A stretch of DNA of 64,000 bases from Candidatus Sungiibacteriota bacterium (GTDB lineage: Bacteria > Patescibacteriota > Minisyncoccia > Sungbacterales > HO2-52-23), in contig CP066690.1 of NCBI GenBank assembly GCA_016432465.1, forward strand, positions 317,538 through 381,537, written 5' to 3'. Positions 50,253 to 58,748 of this stretch are shown here, piece after piece. Within the stretch, counting starts at the first letter, position 1. The number at the start of each line of letters is the position of its first letter. Under the pieces are notes generated by a model. The model was not told where the DNA came from, searched no databases, and saw only the letters and a program-made list of their open reading frames with translations. Position numbers and translations under genes: made by a program.

Positions 50253-51674
50253 GTGGACCAGAGACTTCGCACAAACACAAAGGATAACAAAGTAGCATGG
50301 AGACTACTGATCGTTTTTTTACTTATATCTTTATTACTGCCGTCCGCAACCTATGCGGCCATACTCCCATTTCCAATTATAATCGCCCTCATTGCGGCCA
50401 CCGGAATTGCCGTGACGATTGACTACGCCACCTGCGTCGTAAATGTCGTCTGGGGCGGATGCGGCAACGGCGGTAAGAGTTTTGAAGGAGAACGGGGGAT
50501 TGGTTGTGATCCTCGTTCCGATACGCTCGGCGTTGACGTGAAAGCTAATAATTCCGATGCGCCGGAACCTTTTAATGAACCGGCATTTTATAACATTAAC
50601 TTTTGTATAAAGGGCCCGTGGGCGGAATACACGGAAGGCGGGCAGAGTTTTAACACCAATAGAATGCAGTGCGGATGGAGCGGCAATAGATTTGGCAGCG
50701 AAGAGACCAGAAACTCCGGCAGCTTTCGGGAGTGGGGGGAATGGGGCGGTCCCGGAGGCTCAATTCCTCAAGGCATGAAAGCGGGAACCTATACTTATAC
50801 CCTTTCCTGCACAGGAGCATCCAAAGATCTTGAAGGAGGAGGACCAGAGCAGTCAGCTTCGGACACGGTGGTGGTCAATGTAACCGCAAAAACTACATGC
50901 GTTGCCGATACCTGGAGTTGTGGAGACTGGAGCTCTTGTTCAAACGGCAACCAAACCCGTTCGTGTAATAAAACCTTTGATTGTTCGTCAACAGACACTC
51001 CTTCGCCGCCAACTAGTCAGTCCTGTACAATCAGCAGTGAAACTGATGGGGGTAAAAAGGACGATGGAAGTAAAAAAGATGATGGAAGTAAAAAGGACGA
51101 CGGACAACAGCAACAACAACAGCAGCAAACACAACCCCAAGCCGGAACCCAGTGTAATCCTCCTCGTTGGAATGATATAAGAGTGGATGCGTGTCTGGAC
51201 GAGGAAGGTGGTAAAGCAAACTGCGATAAAAAACAAGAGGCAGCCAATGGGTGGTGCAGTATTGCTTGTGGGGGAGGAGAGGCATTGGGTTTTAACACTT
51301 TCTGGGATACTAGTGGTCCCGGTACTAAATACGTTCCTACGGGCAGAGTATGCCCAACTTGTAGTTTCTACTTCACCAGTGTTTCTTGCGGCAGACGCCG
51401 ACCACCTCCGGCAGCCATTATGAGCTTTATTGCCTCACCCCGCTCCATCAATCCCGGAGAGTCAACCACTCTTTCTTGGTCCTCATTAAACGCCACCTCT
51501 TGTAACCTTAATCAGGGCATTGGTTCGGTTTCCACCAGCGGTTCTCGCTCTGTAAACCCAACCAAAAGTACCACCTATACTCTGACCTGCTCCGGAGAAG
51601 GGGGCTCGCATTCTGCCAGCGTTACGGTTGATGTTTCCAAAATACCATTTCAAAAAGAAGTAGTGCCGGAATGA
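50253..51674 (+). CDS. Cys-rich surface protein with Ig/PKD-like C-domain (paralog 2)
   Basis: shares its C-half with 46124..47617; TSP1-like WSCGDWSSCSNG; start uncertain. Confidence 0.72.
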   Translation: MDQRLRTNTKDNKVAWRLLIVFLLISLLLPSATYAAILPFPIIIALIAATGIAVTIDYATCVVNVVWGGCGNGGKSFEGERGIGCDPRSDTLGVDVKANNSDAPEPFNEPAFYNINFCIKGPWAEYTEGGQSFNTNRMQCGWSGNRFGSEETRNSGSFREWGEWGGPGGSIPQGMKAGTYTYTLSCTGASKDLEGGGPEQSASDTVVVNVTAKTTCVADTWSCGDWSSCSNGNQTRSCNKTFDCSSTDTPSPPTSQSCTISSETDGGKKDDGSKKDDGSKKDDGQQQQQQQQTQPQAGTQCNPPRWNDIRVDACLDEEGGKANCDKKQEAANGWCSIACGGGEALGFNTFWDTSGPGTKYVPTGRVCPTCSFYFTSVSCGRRRPPPAAIMSFIASPRSINPGESTTLSWSSLNATSCNLNQGIGSVSTSGSRSVNPTKSTTYTLTCSGEGGSHSASVTVDVSKIPFQKEVVPE

Positions 51675-51755
51675 ATTCTAAAAAGTCCCGACTGGTCGGG
51701 ACTTTTTAGATTACCTTAAGAAAACTAAATTTTCTTCTAAGAGTGTGAACGGAGA

Positions 51756-51993
51756 GCGCGGTCGAAGCTATTTGGGTTTCCAGACAGTGGGAGGCGAAGT
51801 TTGCTTGGCCCGCCGAAGGCGGAAACTTCGCCGACCCTTAGTGAGGTCGCCGTCCCTAGGCGGCGAAGCCGCCGGTGGCTAGGCTCTTAAAGCCGCCATC
51901 CCGGCTAATGCCTAGGGAGATGCCGGCCTGAAGGGCCTAGGCACTGGACGACCGAATCGTGTCTGGAACCTAAATAGCTGAGGGAACCGCGCG
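51756..51993. other. GC-rich multi-hairpin intergenic element
   Basis: AGCTATTTGGGTTTCCAGACA pairs with TGTCTGGAACCTAAATAGCT; internal tetraloop hairpins. Confidence 0.55.
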
Positions 51994-51994
51994 A

Positions 51995-53518
51995 TTATCT
52001 TGCATACTCCACCACCCTTGTTTCCCTGATCACGTGCACCTTAATCTCTCCCGGATACTTTAGCTCGCCCTCAACCTGCTGGGCAATTTTTCGCGCCAGC
52101 TCCCGCGCCTCAAGGTCGTTTATTTTATCCGGGGTGACGAAAATGCGTATTTCCCGTCCGGCAGAAATCGCATAAGCCTTCTCTACTCCTTCAAACGAAG
52201 TCGCAATACGCTCCAAGTCCTCAAGGCGTTTTAAGTAATTTTCAATGGTATCACGCCGCGCTCCGGGGCGAGAAGCAGAAACAGCATCCACGGTCTGCAC
52301 AATAATTGATTCCAAGGTTTCGTACGGATATTCCTCGTGATGTGACTGCATGGCTTGAACCACTCGGTTATCAACTCCGAATTTTTGCAAAATTCTTCGG
52401 CCAATCTCAACGTGGGTTCCCGTAACCTCATGGTCAACCGCCTTGCCGATATCATGAAGTAATGCTCCTTTTTTGGCTATGGCCACGTCCCCGCCAACTT
52501 CCTCTGCCAGCATTCCTGCCAAATGCGTCATTTCAATGGAGTGCTGCAGTACGTTTTGACCGTAGCTGGTGCGAAATTTAAGCCTACCCAGAAGCGTGAT
52601 AAGCCTGGGGTCAAGATCAAAAATTCCAACCTCGTAAGAGGCTTGATCTCCGGCATCTTTAATTTGTTTTTCAATGTTCTCGCGTGCTTTGTCAGCCGCC
52701 TCTTCAATGCGCGCCGGCTGAATTCTCCCGTCCTGAATCAGTATTTCAAGAGCGGTTTTGGCAATCTGGCGCCTGACCGGATCAAAAGCGGATATTACAA
52801 TGGAGCCGGGCGTATCATCCACAATAATTTCCACCCCTGCGGCGCGCTCCAGAGCCTTAATATTGCGCCCTTCACGTCCAATAATTTTACCCTTCAGGTC
52901 GTCCGAGGGAATAACAACGGTGGTGGTAGTAACTTCCGAGGTGGTGGCTGTGGCCAGTCTTTGAATCAGCGCCGCCAAAATATTTTTTGCTCTTTTTTCC
53001 AAATCCTCTATGCCCATCTGTTCCAGTTTCTTTATTCTCATCATAAGGTCTTCAGCATGTTCTTTTTCAATTCGCTTCATTAGTTCTCCGATCGCCTGAT
53101 CTTTGGAAAGACCCGATACGCGCTCCAATTCCTTAAGAATCTCTTCGCGACGCGCCTCAACCTCGGCTTTGATTTCTTTTACTTTAGCCACGCGCTCCTC
53201 AAAATCTTTTTCTTTTTTTTCAAATTCCTGCACCCGCCTGTCCACCATGGCTTCTCGTTCCATCAACCGCTCCTCCAGTCTCCGAACCTGCGCGAGTCTT
53301 TCTTTTTCCTCGCTCTTTGCCTCCTCCAAAACCTTGGCTGCTTTTTCTTTGGCCTCCAACAATATTTCTTTGGACTCGGCCCTGGAATCATCAATTAGTT
53401 TTTTGAGTTTTCCCTCAATCGTTGACTTTCGCTGTTGGGCAATGAGCTGACGTATAAAATAGCCCAGAGCGATTCCAAGACCAAGCGCCAAAACTCCTAA
53501 TACGATAAATGTAGACAT
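51995..53518 (-). CDS. rny: ribonuclease Y
   Basis: TM, coiled coil, KH (KGKIIGREGRNI), HD (LLHDIGK). Confidence 0.97.
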   Translation of the reverse strand: MSTFIVLGVLALGLGIALGYFIRQLIAQQRKSTIEGKLKKLIDDSRAESKEILLEAKEKAAKVLEEAKSEEKERLAQVRRLEERLMEREAMVDRRVQEFEKKEKDFEERVAKVKEIKAEVEARREEILKELERVSGLSKDQAIGELMKRIEKEHAEDLMMRIKKLEQMGIEDLEKRAKNILAALIQRLATATTSEVTTTTVVIPSDDLKGKIIGREGRNIKALERAAGVEIIVDDTPGSIVISAFDPVRRQIAKTALEILIQDGRIQPARIEEAADKARENIEKQIKDAGDQASYEVGIFDLDPRLITLLGRLKFRTSYGQNVLQHSIEMTHLAGMLAEEVGGDVAIAKKGALLHDIGKAVDHEVTGTHVEIGRRILQKFGVDNRVVQAMQSHHEEYPYETLESIIVQTVDAVSASRPGARRDTIENYLKRLEDLERIATSFEGVEKAYAISAGREIRIFVTPDKINDLEARELARKIAQQVEGELKYPGEIKVHVIRETRVVEYAR

Positions 53519-53544
53519 AAATTTACGGAGCAAGACTCATAAAT

Positions 53545-53724
53545 ACAAATAGCCCCCTTCGGGCCGCGGGGTAATGCGGATGAGGTTAAACCAAATTTAC
53601 CGATCCAGTTTTATCGGTGCCCTTAAAAACTTATAGTTCCTAAGAGAAATTAATAACACGTTAAACTATGAAGTGGTCAAAAACGGAAAGCTCACCGCAC
53701 ATTACCACCAGCCGACTATTTATA
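53545..53724. ncRNA. candidate 6S-like RNA upstream of rny
   Basis: about 180-nt rod: GGTAATGCGGATGAG pairs with CTCACCGCACATTACC; inner stems TATAGTT/AACTATG. Confidence 0.45.
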
Positions 53725-53828
53725 ATTCTGTGCCTCTTTCCTAGTTTCCAATGATTTCAACTTTTGTAACTCCAGTATAGCAAACCAGGTTTCTGGTGTC
53801 AAATATTAACTGTGTTAAAATAGGAAAC

Positions 53829-55400
53829 ATGGCCAAACCCAAACCCCTGCTTTTAATAATTCTTGACGGCTTCGGCATCTCTTTGGAAAAAGAAGGTAAC
53901 CCTGTTTATGAAGCCAAAAAACCAACGCTGGATGAAATTGAGCGCAATTTTCCTTTTACCACGCTTCAGGCGTCCGGCGTGGCTGTTGGACTTCCGTGGG
54001 GAGAAGCGGGCAACTCGGAAGTGGGACATTTAACCATGGGCGCGGGACGCGTGATTTATCATCATCTGCCAAGAATTATAAACGCCATATCTGACGGTTC
54101 TTTTTTTAAAAATCCGGCGTTTATCGGGGCGGCGGAGCACGTCAGGAAAAATAAATCGCGGCTCCATATCGCGGGACTGGTATCTTCCGGCTCGGTGCAT
54201 AGCTACATTGACCATCTCTACGCGCTTTTGGACTTCACAAAAAAAGAGAAACTTGAGGAAGTACATCTTCATATTTTTACCGACGGCAAAGATGCCCCGC
54301 CGCAAGAAGGAGTAAAATTTATTGAACTGCTTGAAGAAAGAATAAAAAAAGAATGGCCCCAGACGCATCTAGCAACTGTCGTGGGAAGATTTTACGCCAT
54401 GGATCGCGACGAGAAATGGGAACGCATCCAGACATCGTACGGACTACTGACTGGTGGTAAGGGTGAAAAAATAACTTCAATTCCTGAATACATCAGAACC
54501 CAGTATAAAAAAGATTTAACTGACGAATTTATCGGGGCGGCAGTTGCGGACGGGAACGGAATCATAAAAGATGGCGACGCCTTGATTTTTTTCAACTTCC
54601 GTGAAGACTCTATGAGAGAACTTGCTCACGCCTTTGCGGATGAAGATTTTGATAAATTTCCGAGAAAGAAAAGTAAGAACTTATTCCTCGTGACCATGAC
54701 CGAATATCAAAAAGACCTCAAGGCCCATGCCGCTTTTGAGCCGCTGGATATTGGGTGGCCGCTGGCGCGGATTTTAGGTGAGGCCGGACTCCGGCACCTG
54801 CATATTGCCGAGACCGAAAAATACGCGCATGTGACTTATTTCTTAAACGGCGGCACGGAAAAACTTTTTCCGGGAGAGGAACGAATTTTGATTCCCTCCA
54901 TTACCGCCGCCCACTTTGACGAGGTACCCGAGATGCGAGCCAAAGAAATTACAGCCAAAATCTTGGAATATTTTGATACTTACGACGTGATCATTGCTAA
55001 TTTTGCCAACGCCGATTTAGTAGGACACTCCGGTAACTTTCAGGCAGCCATACGGGCCGTGGAGATTCTGGACGGGGCGCTACAGCAAATTATGAACGCG
55101 GTTTTAGCTTCGGACGGGGCCGCGCTGATTACCGGAGACCACGGAAATATTGAACTAAAAAGAAATGTCATCACGGGCGAGAAGTTAACGGAGCACTCTC
55201 TCAATGCCGTTCCCTTGTATCTTATTGGCAGAAAATTCCGCCTGACAAAACAACGCAGTGAGTCCGAAAGAGAAAAACAAAAAACCGAAGCGGGCGGCAT
55301 GTTAACTGATATTGCGCCCACAATTCTTGAGCTTTTGGGACTAAAAAAACCCGCCGAGATGACGGGCAAGGACCTGCTAAAAACACTACTTGGTCAATGA
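53829..55400 (+). CDS. gpmI: 2,3-BPG-independent phosphoglycerate mutase
   Basis: ILDGFG, GNSEVGH, YAMDRD, AETEKYAHVT, DLVGHSG, GDHGN. Confidence 0.97.
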   Translation: MAKPKPLLLIILDGFGISLEKEGNPVYEAKKPTLDEIERNFPFTTLQASGVAVGLPWGEAGNSEVGHLTMGAGRVIYHHLPRIINAISDGSFFKNPAFIGAAEHVRKNKSRLHIAGLVSSGSVHSYIDHLYALLDFTKKEKLEEVHLHIFTDGKDAPPQEGVKFIELLEERIKKEWPQTHLATVVGRFYAMDRDEKWERIQTSYGLLTGGKGEKITSIPEYIRTQYKKDLTDEFIGAAVADGNGIIKDGDALIFFNFREDSMRELAHAFADEDFDKFPRKKSKNLFLVTMTEYQKDLKAHAAFEPLDIGWPLARILGEAGLRHLHIAETEKYAHVTYFLNGGTEKLFPGEERILIPSITAAHFDEVPEMRAKEITAKILEYFDTYDVIIANFANADLVGHSGNFQAAIRAVEILDGALQQIMNAVLASDGAALITGDHGNIELKRNVITGEKLTEHSLNAVPLYLIGRKFRLTKQRSESEREKQKTEAGGMLTDIAPTILELLGLKKPAEMTGKDLLKTLLGQ

Positions 55401-55730
55401 CGGATGTATATACAAATCCCACAAGGCAAAATAAGGAGTTCCCTGCGTGTACCAGTGGCTCCAAAGATCTACCGCCACAAGACCAACCCCGATGAAAAAT
55501 GCCACCCTCGCTACGGTTAATATGACCTTCGTTGCGCCGAATCTCCAAAGAACTAAGCTTATCAAAAGAGATAAAAACCCCCAAAACATTTTATGAAGAT
55601 GGTATCCCGAAACAACAATCCAGTATTTATCCGGCGTATCCAGAAAGAATAGAAAAATCTGACGCGGTAGATCAAAGTATACCAATATCAAAAACGCCAA
55701 GGCAAGGAACACTGAGGAAAGACCCAACAC
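55386..55730 (-). CDS. hypothetical membrane protein
   Basis: TM segments with HLHK motif. Confidence 0.5.
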   Translation of the reverse strand: MLGLSSVFLALAFLILVYFDLPRQIFLFFLDTPDKYWIVVSGYHLHKMFWGFLSLLISLVLWRFGATKVILTVARVAFFIGVGLVAVDLWSHWYTQGTPYFALWDLYIHPSLTK

Positions 55731-55861
55731 GGAAGCCCCCAGTCCCTAAGTTCTAATTTCACAATAGCATAATCCGACTAGAAAATCAAATCATATTATC
55801 TTAACATCACCTATGCGATCGCATAGGTGATGTTACGATAAAGTTGATGCCCAAACCAAAA

Positions 55862-55935
55862 CTATTTGCTGCTGTTTATCTTCCTCTTAATGATCTCGTC
55901 AATAATACCGTACTTCTTCGCTTCTTCGGCGTCCA
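55862..55935 (-). pseudogene. clpP: displaced, recoded duplicate of the clpP 3' end
   Basis: translates [23 protein letters not shown]; 25-bp identity with 56115-56139. Confidence 0.85.
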
Positions 55936-56062
55936 CCCCGCACTAAAATTTTGACTGCCGCGATCTTGAATAAAAAGCCCATTTTCATTTTTAACAGCTG
56001 TCACGTTGATCTCGCCAGCTTAGTCGGGGCGGCATAACTATAGTCAAAATTTAGTGACGGGG
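55936..56062. mobile_element. MITE-like IR element between the two clpP ends
   Basis: CCCCGCACTAAAATTTTGACT / AGTCAAAATTTAGTGACGGGG. Confidence 0.65.
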
Positions 56063-56068
56063 CAAGTA

Positions 56069-56686
56069 TTACTTGCTGTTTGTTTTCCTTTTAATTATTT
56101 CATCTATAATGCCATACTTCTTCGCTTCTTCGGCGTCCATGTAAAAATCGCGGTCTGTGTCTTTTTCAACTTGCGTGAGCAGTTTTCCGGTATGTTTTGA
56201 TAAAATATGGCTTAAGCGCTCCTTGAGGCGCAGAACATGTTTGGCTGAAATTTCAATTTCGGTTGCCTGACCCTCAATGCCTCCGGCCATTACTTGATGT
56301 ATTAAAACTTCGGAGTTGGGGAGCGCAAAACGTTTACCCTTGGCTCCCGATGCTAAAAGTAAAGCCGCGCCCGAAGCCGCCATCCCAATACAAATAGTGG
56401 AAACATCCGGCTTAACGTACTGCATCGTGTCATAAACCGCCAAGGTCGCGGGCACCGAGCCGCCGGGGGAATTAATATAAAGCTTGATGTCCTTTTTCTC
56501 GTCCTCTGACTCCAAAAATAAAAGCTGGGCAATAATGGAATTAGCAATCGGATCCACAATCGGCCCGCCCAGAAAAATAATACGCTCTTTGAGAAGCCGC
56601 GAATAAATATCATAAGCCCGCTCGCCAAATTGCGACTTTTCAATGACGGTGGGAATTAAATATTGTGCAAAAATTTCGTCGTCCAT
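56069..56686 (-). CDS. clpP: ATP-dependent Clp protease proteolytic subunit
   Basis: [35 protein letters not shown]. Confidence 0.98.
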   Translation of the reverse strand: MDDEIFAQYLIPTVIEKSQFGERAYDIYSRLLKERIIFLGGPIVDPIANSIIAQLLFLESEDEKKDIKLYINSPGGSVPATLAVYDTMQYVKPDVSTICIGMAASGAALLLASGAKGKRFALPNSEVLIHQVMAGGIEGQATEIEISAKHVLRLKERLSHILSKHTGKLLTQVEKDTDRDFYMDAEEAKKYGIIDEIIKRKTNSK

Positions 56687-56688
56687 AT

Positions 56689-58020
56689 TTACATTTTCTC
56701 CAAAAACTCAAAAACTTTTTGGTTCTTTAATATGCCTTTAGTATATTCCTTTAATTCTTCGGCGTCAATGTGCTTTTTGGCGTCCTCAACAGATTTGTAT
56801 TGGCTTAAAAGCTGATTAGCGCGTGTCTCAATTTCTTCTGCCGTCGGCTCTATTTTTTCTACTTTTGCGATTTCGCGCAGGACCAGCGCAATCCTCACCC
56901 TTTTTTCTGCCTCATCTCGCCAATCTTTTTGGAGCTCTTCCACGCCTTTTTTTATATGAAGCAAATAGTCTTCCCACTTCATACCCATCTGCTCTACGCC
57001 GGATTTTAATTCTGTAAACATTTTGTCAAGCTCGCCCTCAATTAATACGTCCGGGACTTCTATTTTTGTCTCCTCTGCAATTTTTTCAATAGTGAGCGCG
57101 CGCAGTCTCTGGATCTCTTTCTCTTCTTTTTCTTTACCAATTCCTTCACGGATACTCTTCTTTAGAGCCTCAACCGATGGAAAATCGCCAAGATTTTTGA
57201 CAGATTCATCAGTCAGTTCCGGCAACTTACGTTCCTGCACCAGTTTCATGGTGACTATAAAATCAAACGCTTTTCCGGCCATTGACTTTTCGTGCCAATT
57301 TTCCGGCGCAACAAGGGTAAATGACTTCTCGTCTCCGACTTTCATGCCAATAAGATTATCCTCAAATCCCGGCAGAAATTTTCCTTGACCAATAACCAAT
57401 GGGTGATTTTTGGACTCGCTTAAGATGGGGCTATTGTCTTTTACTTCTCCGCCGGAGGCGGATCCGCCTCGGGCGGAAAAGTCAATCTCGACCGTATCGC
57501 CGGATTGCGCCGGACGATCAACCGTAATCAGGGGCGCGCGCGATTCCCGGAGCCACTCCAATGTTTTCTCAACTTCTTCGTCGGTTATGGAAACCGCCTT
57601 TTTTTCTTTTTGTACTCTTCGGGCAATGACTTTATAATCAGACAGTTTTACTTCGGGCATTACTGCTAACCTGATTTTAAATTCTAAGTCGTTTCCGGGC
57701 ACAAGTTTGATTATAGTAATTTCCGGTCTTCCTATCGGAGGGCGACTTGGAGAAACCTCACCGCTGTCCAGCATTTTCTGCATCAGCTCCGGATAGGTTT
57801 TGCGTACGGCCAAGTCCGCCGCCCGCTCGTAAATCGCATTCTCCCCGAATTTTTGTTTAACAATTTCATACGGAGCTTTACCCCTGCGAAAACCCTCAAT
57901 TTCTGTTTCCTCCGAAATTAAAGTTGCCGCGCGCGCAAGATGCGGCTCAAATTCCCGAAAAGGAATACTTACATCTATCTCCGCTTGTGATTTTAGCGAC
58001 TTTGTGAAATTATAGTCCAT
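56689..58020 (-). CDS. tig: trigger factor
   Basis: [12 protein letters not shown]-like PGFEDNLIG; upstream of clpP. Confidence 0.95.
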   Translation of the reverse strand: MDYNFTKSLKSQAEIDVSIPFREFEPHLARAATLISEETEIEGFRRGKAPYEIVKQKFGENAIYERAADLAVRKTYPELMQKMLDSGEVSPSRPPIGRPEITIIKLVPGNDLEFKIRLAVMPEVKLSDYKVIARRVQKEKKAVSITDEEVEKTLEWLRESRAPLITVDRPAQSGDTVEIDFSARGGSASGGEVKDNSPILSESKNHPLVIGQGKFLPGFEDNLIGMKVGDEKSFTLVAPENWHEKSMAGKAFDFIVTMKLVQERKLPELTDESVKNLGDFPSVEALKKSIREGIGKEKEEKEIQRLRALTIEKIAEETKIEVPDVLIEGELDKMFTELKSGVEQMGMKWEDYLLHIKKGVEELQKDWRDEAEKRVRIALVLREIAKVEKIEPTAEEIETRANQLLSQYKSVEDAKKHIDAEELKEYTKGILKNQKVFEFLEKM

Positions 58021-58043
58021 AGTTCAATCCTTGAGGCTTGATT

Positions 58044-58697
58044 ATGAGAAAGTATACTTGGCCTGTTTTTGTCGGATTTATCACCCTCCTGATGCTCCTG
58101 CTGCCTATTAAATTGGTCGGGGTGATAGTGACCTATTTCGACGACCTTTGGAACGTAACCGTCTGGCAACCTTTTCTGGGAAGAAGTTTACCGCTCGCGG
58201 GATTGATAGCATCTGTCGTTATCTTTTATCTCGTTGGTAAGTTAGCGGAAACGAAGTGGGGCATCTGGGTTAACGAAAACATCTTGCAGCATATTCCTAT
58301 TCTGGGGGGTTTTCTGTCCTCGTTTAACCCTAATACTAAAAAGGTTCTGGAAGAGACAAATGGATTTATAATCGCTCGTTACTTAAGCGAGTGGCGTCCG
58401 GCCAAATTAATGTCTGTCCTCAAAAAAAAGGATGGTTATTTTGGGGTGGTAATGTTCTTTACCTTCCCGCCCACGCCCCAGTTTATTCCCGATGACTCGC
58501 CAATTTATGTTTTGGAAAACCCCGAAGGAAAATATGACGTTATTCCCAACCGCGTCGCATTTAAACTGGAGGTATCGGCCGGCACTGCAGTTCCAGAGAA
58601 TTGCATAGAAGGAGCAGTACTGACTACTATGGGCGAATTCATTCGCGCCCGCAACCTGATAAGAAAACCTAATCCTACTAGTAACAACGGCTCTTAA
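58044..58697 (+). CDS. DUF502-like membrane protein
   Basis: two TMs then ILQHIPILG; FPPTP. Confidence 0.5.
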   Translation: MRKYTWPVFVGFITLLMLLLPIKLVGVIVTYFDDLWNVTVWQPFLGRSLPLAGLIASVVIFYLVGKLAETKWGIWVNENILQHIPILGGFLSSFNPNTKKVLEETNGFIIARYLSEWRPAKLMSVLKKKDGYFGVVMFFTFPPTPQFIPDDSPIYVLENPEGKYDVIPNRVAFKLEVSAGTAVPENCIEGAVLTTMGEFIRARNLIRKPNPTSNNGS

Positions 58698-58748
58698 GAG
58701 CCGTTTTGCTATACATAGATGTTAACCGTTGATCGCGTTTAGGTAGCC

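Noticed and set aside
47041-51400. Possible DGR template/variable repeat pair
   Set aside because: Differences are mostly synonymous and not adenine-specific, both copies are coding, and no reverse transcriptase is in the window.
51756-51993. RNase P RNA or tmRNA
   Set aside because: No GAGGAAAGUCC/P4 motif and no tRNA-like ends on either strand.
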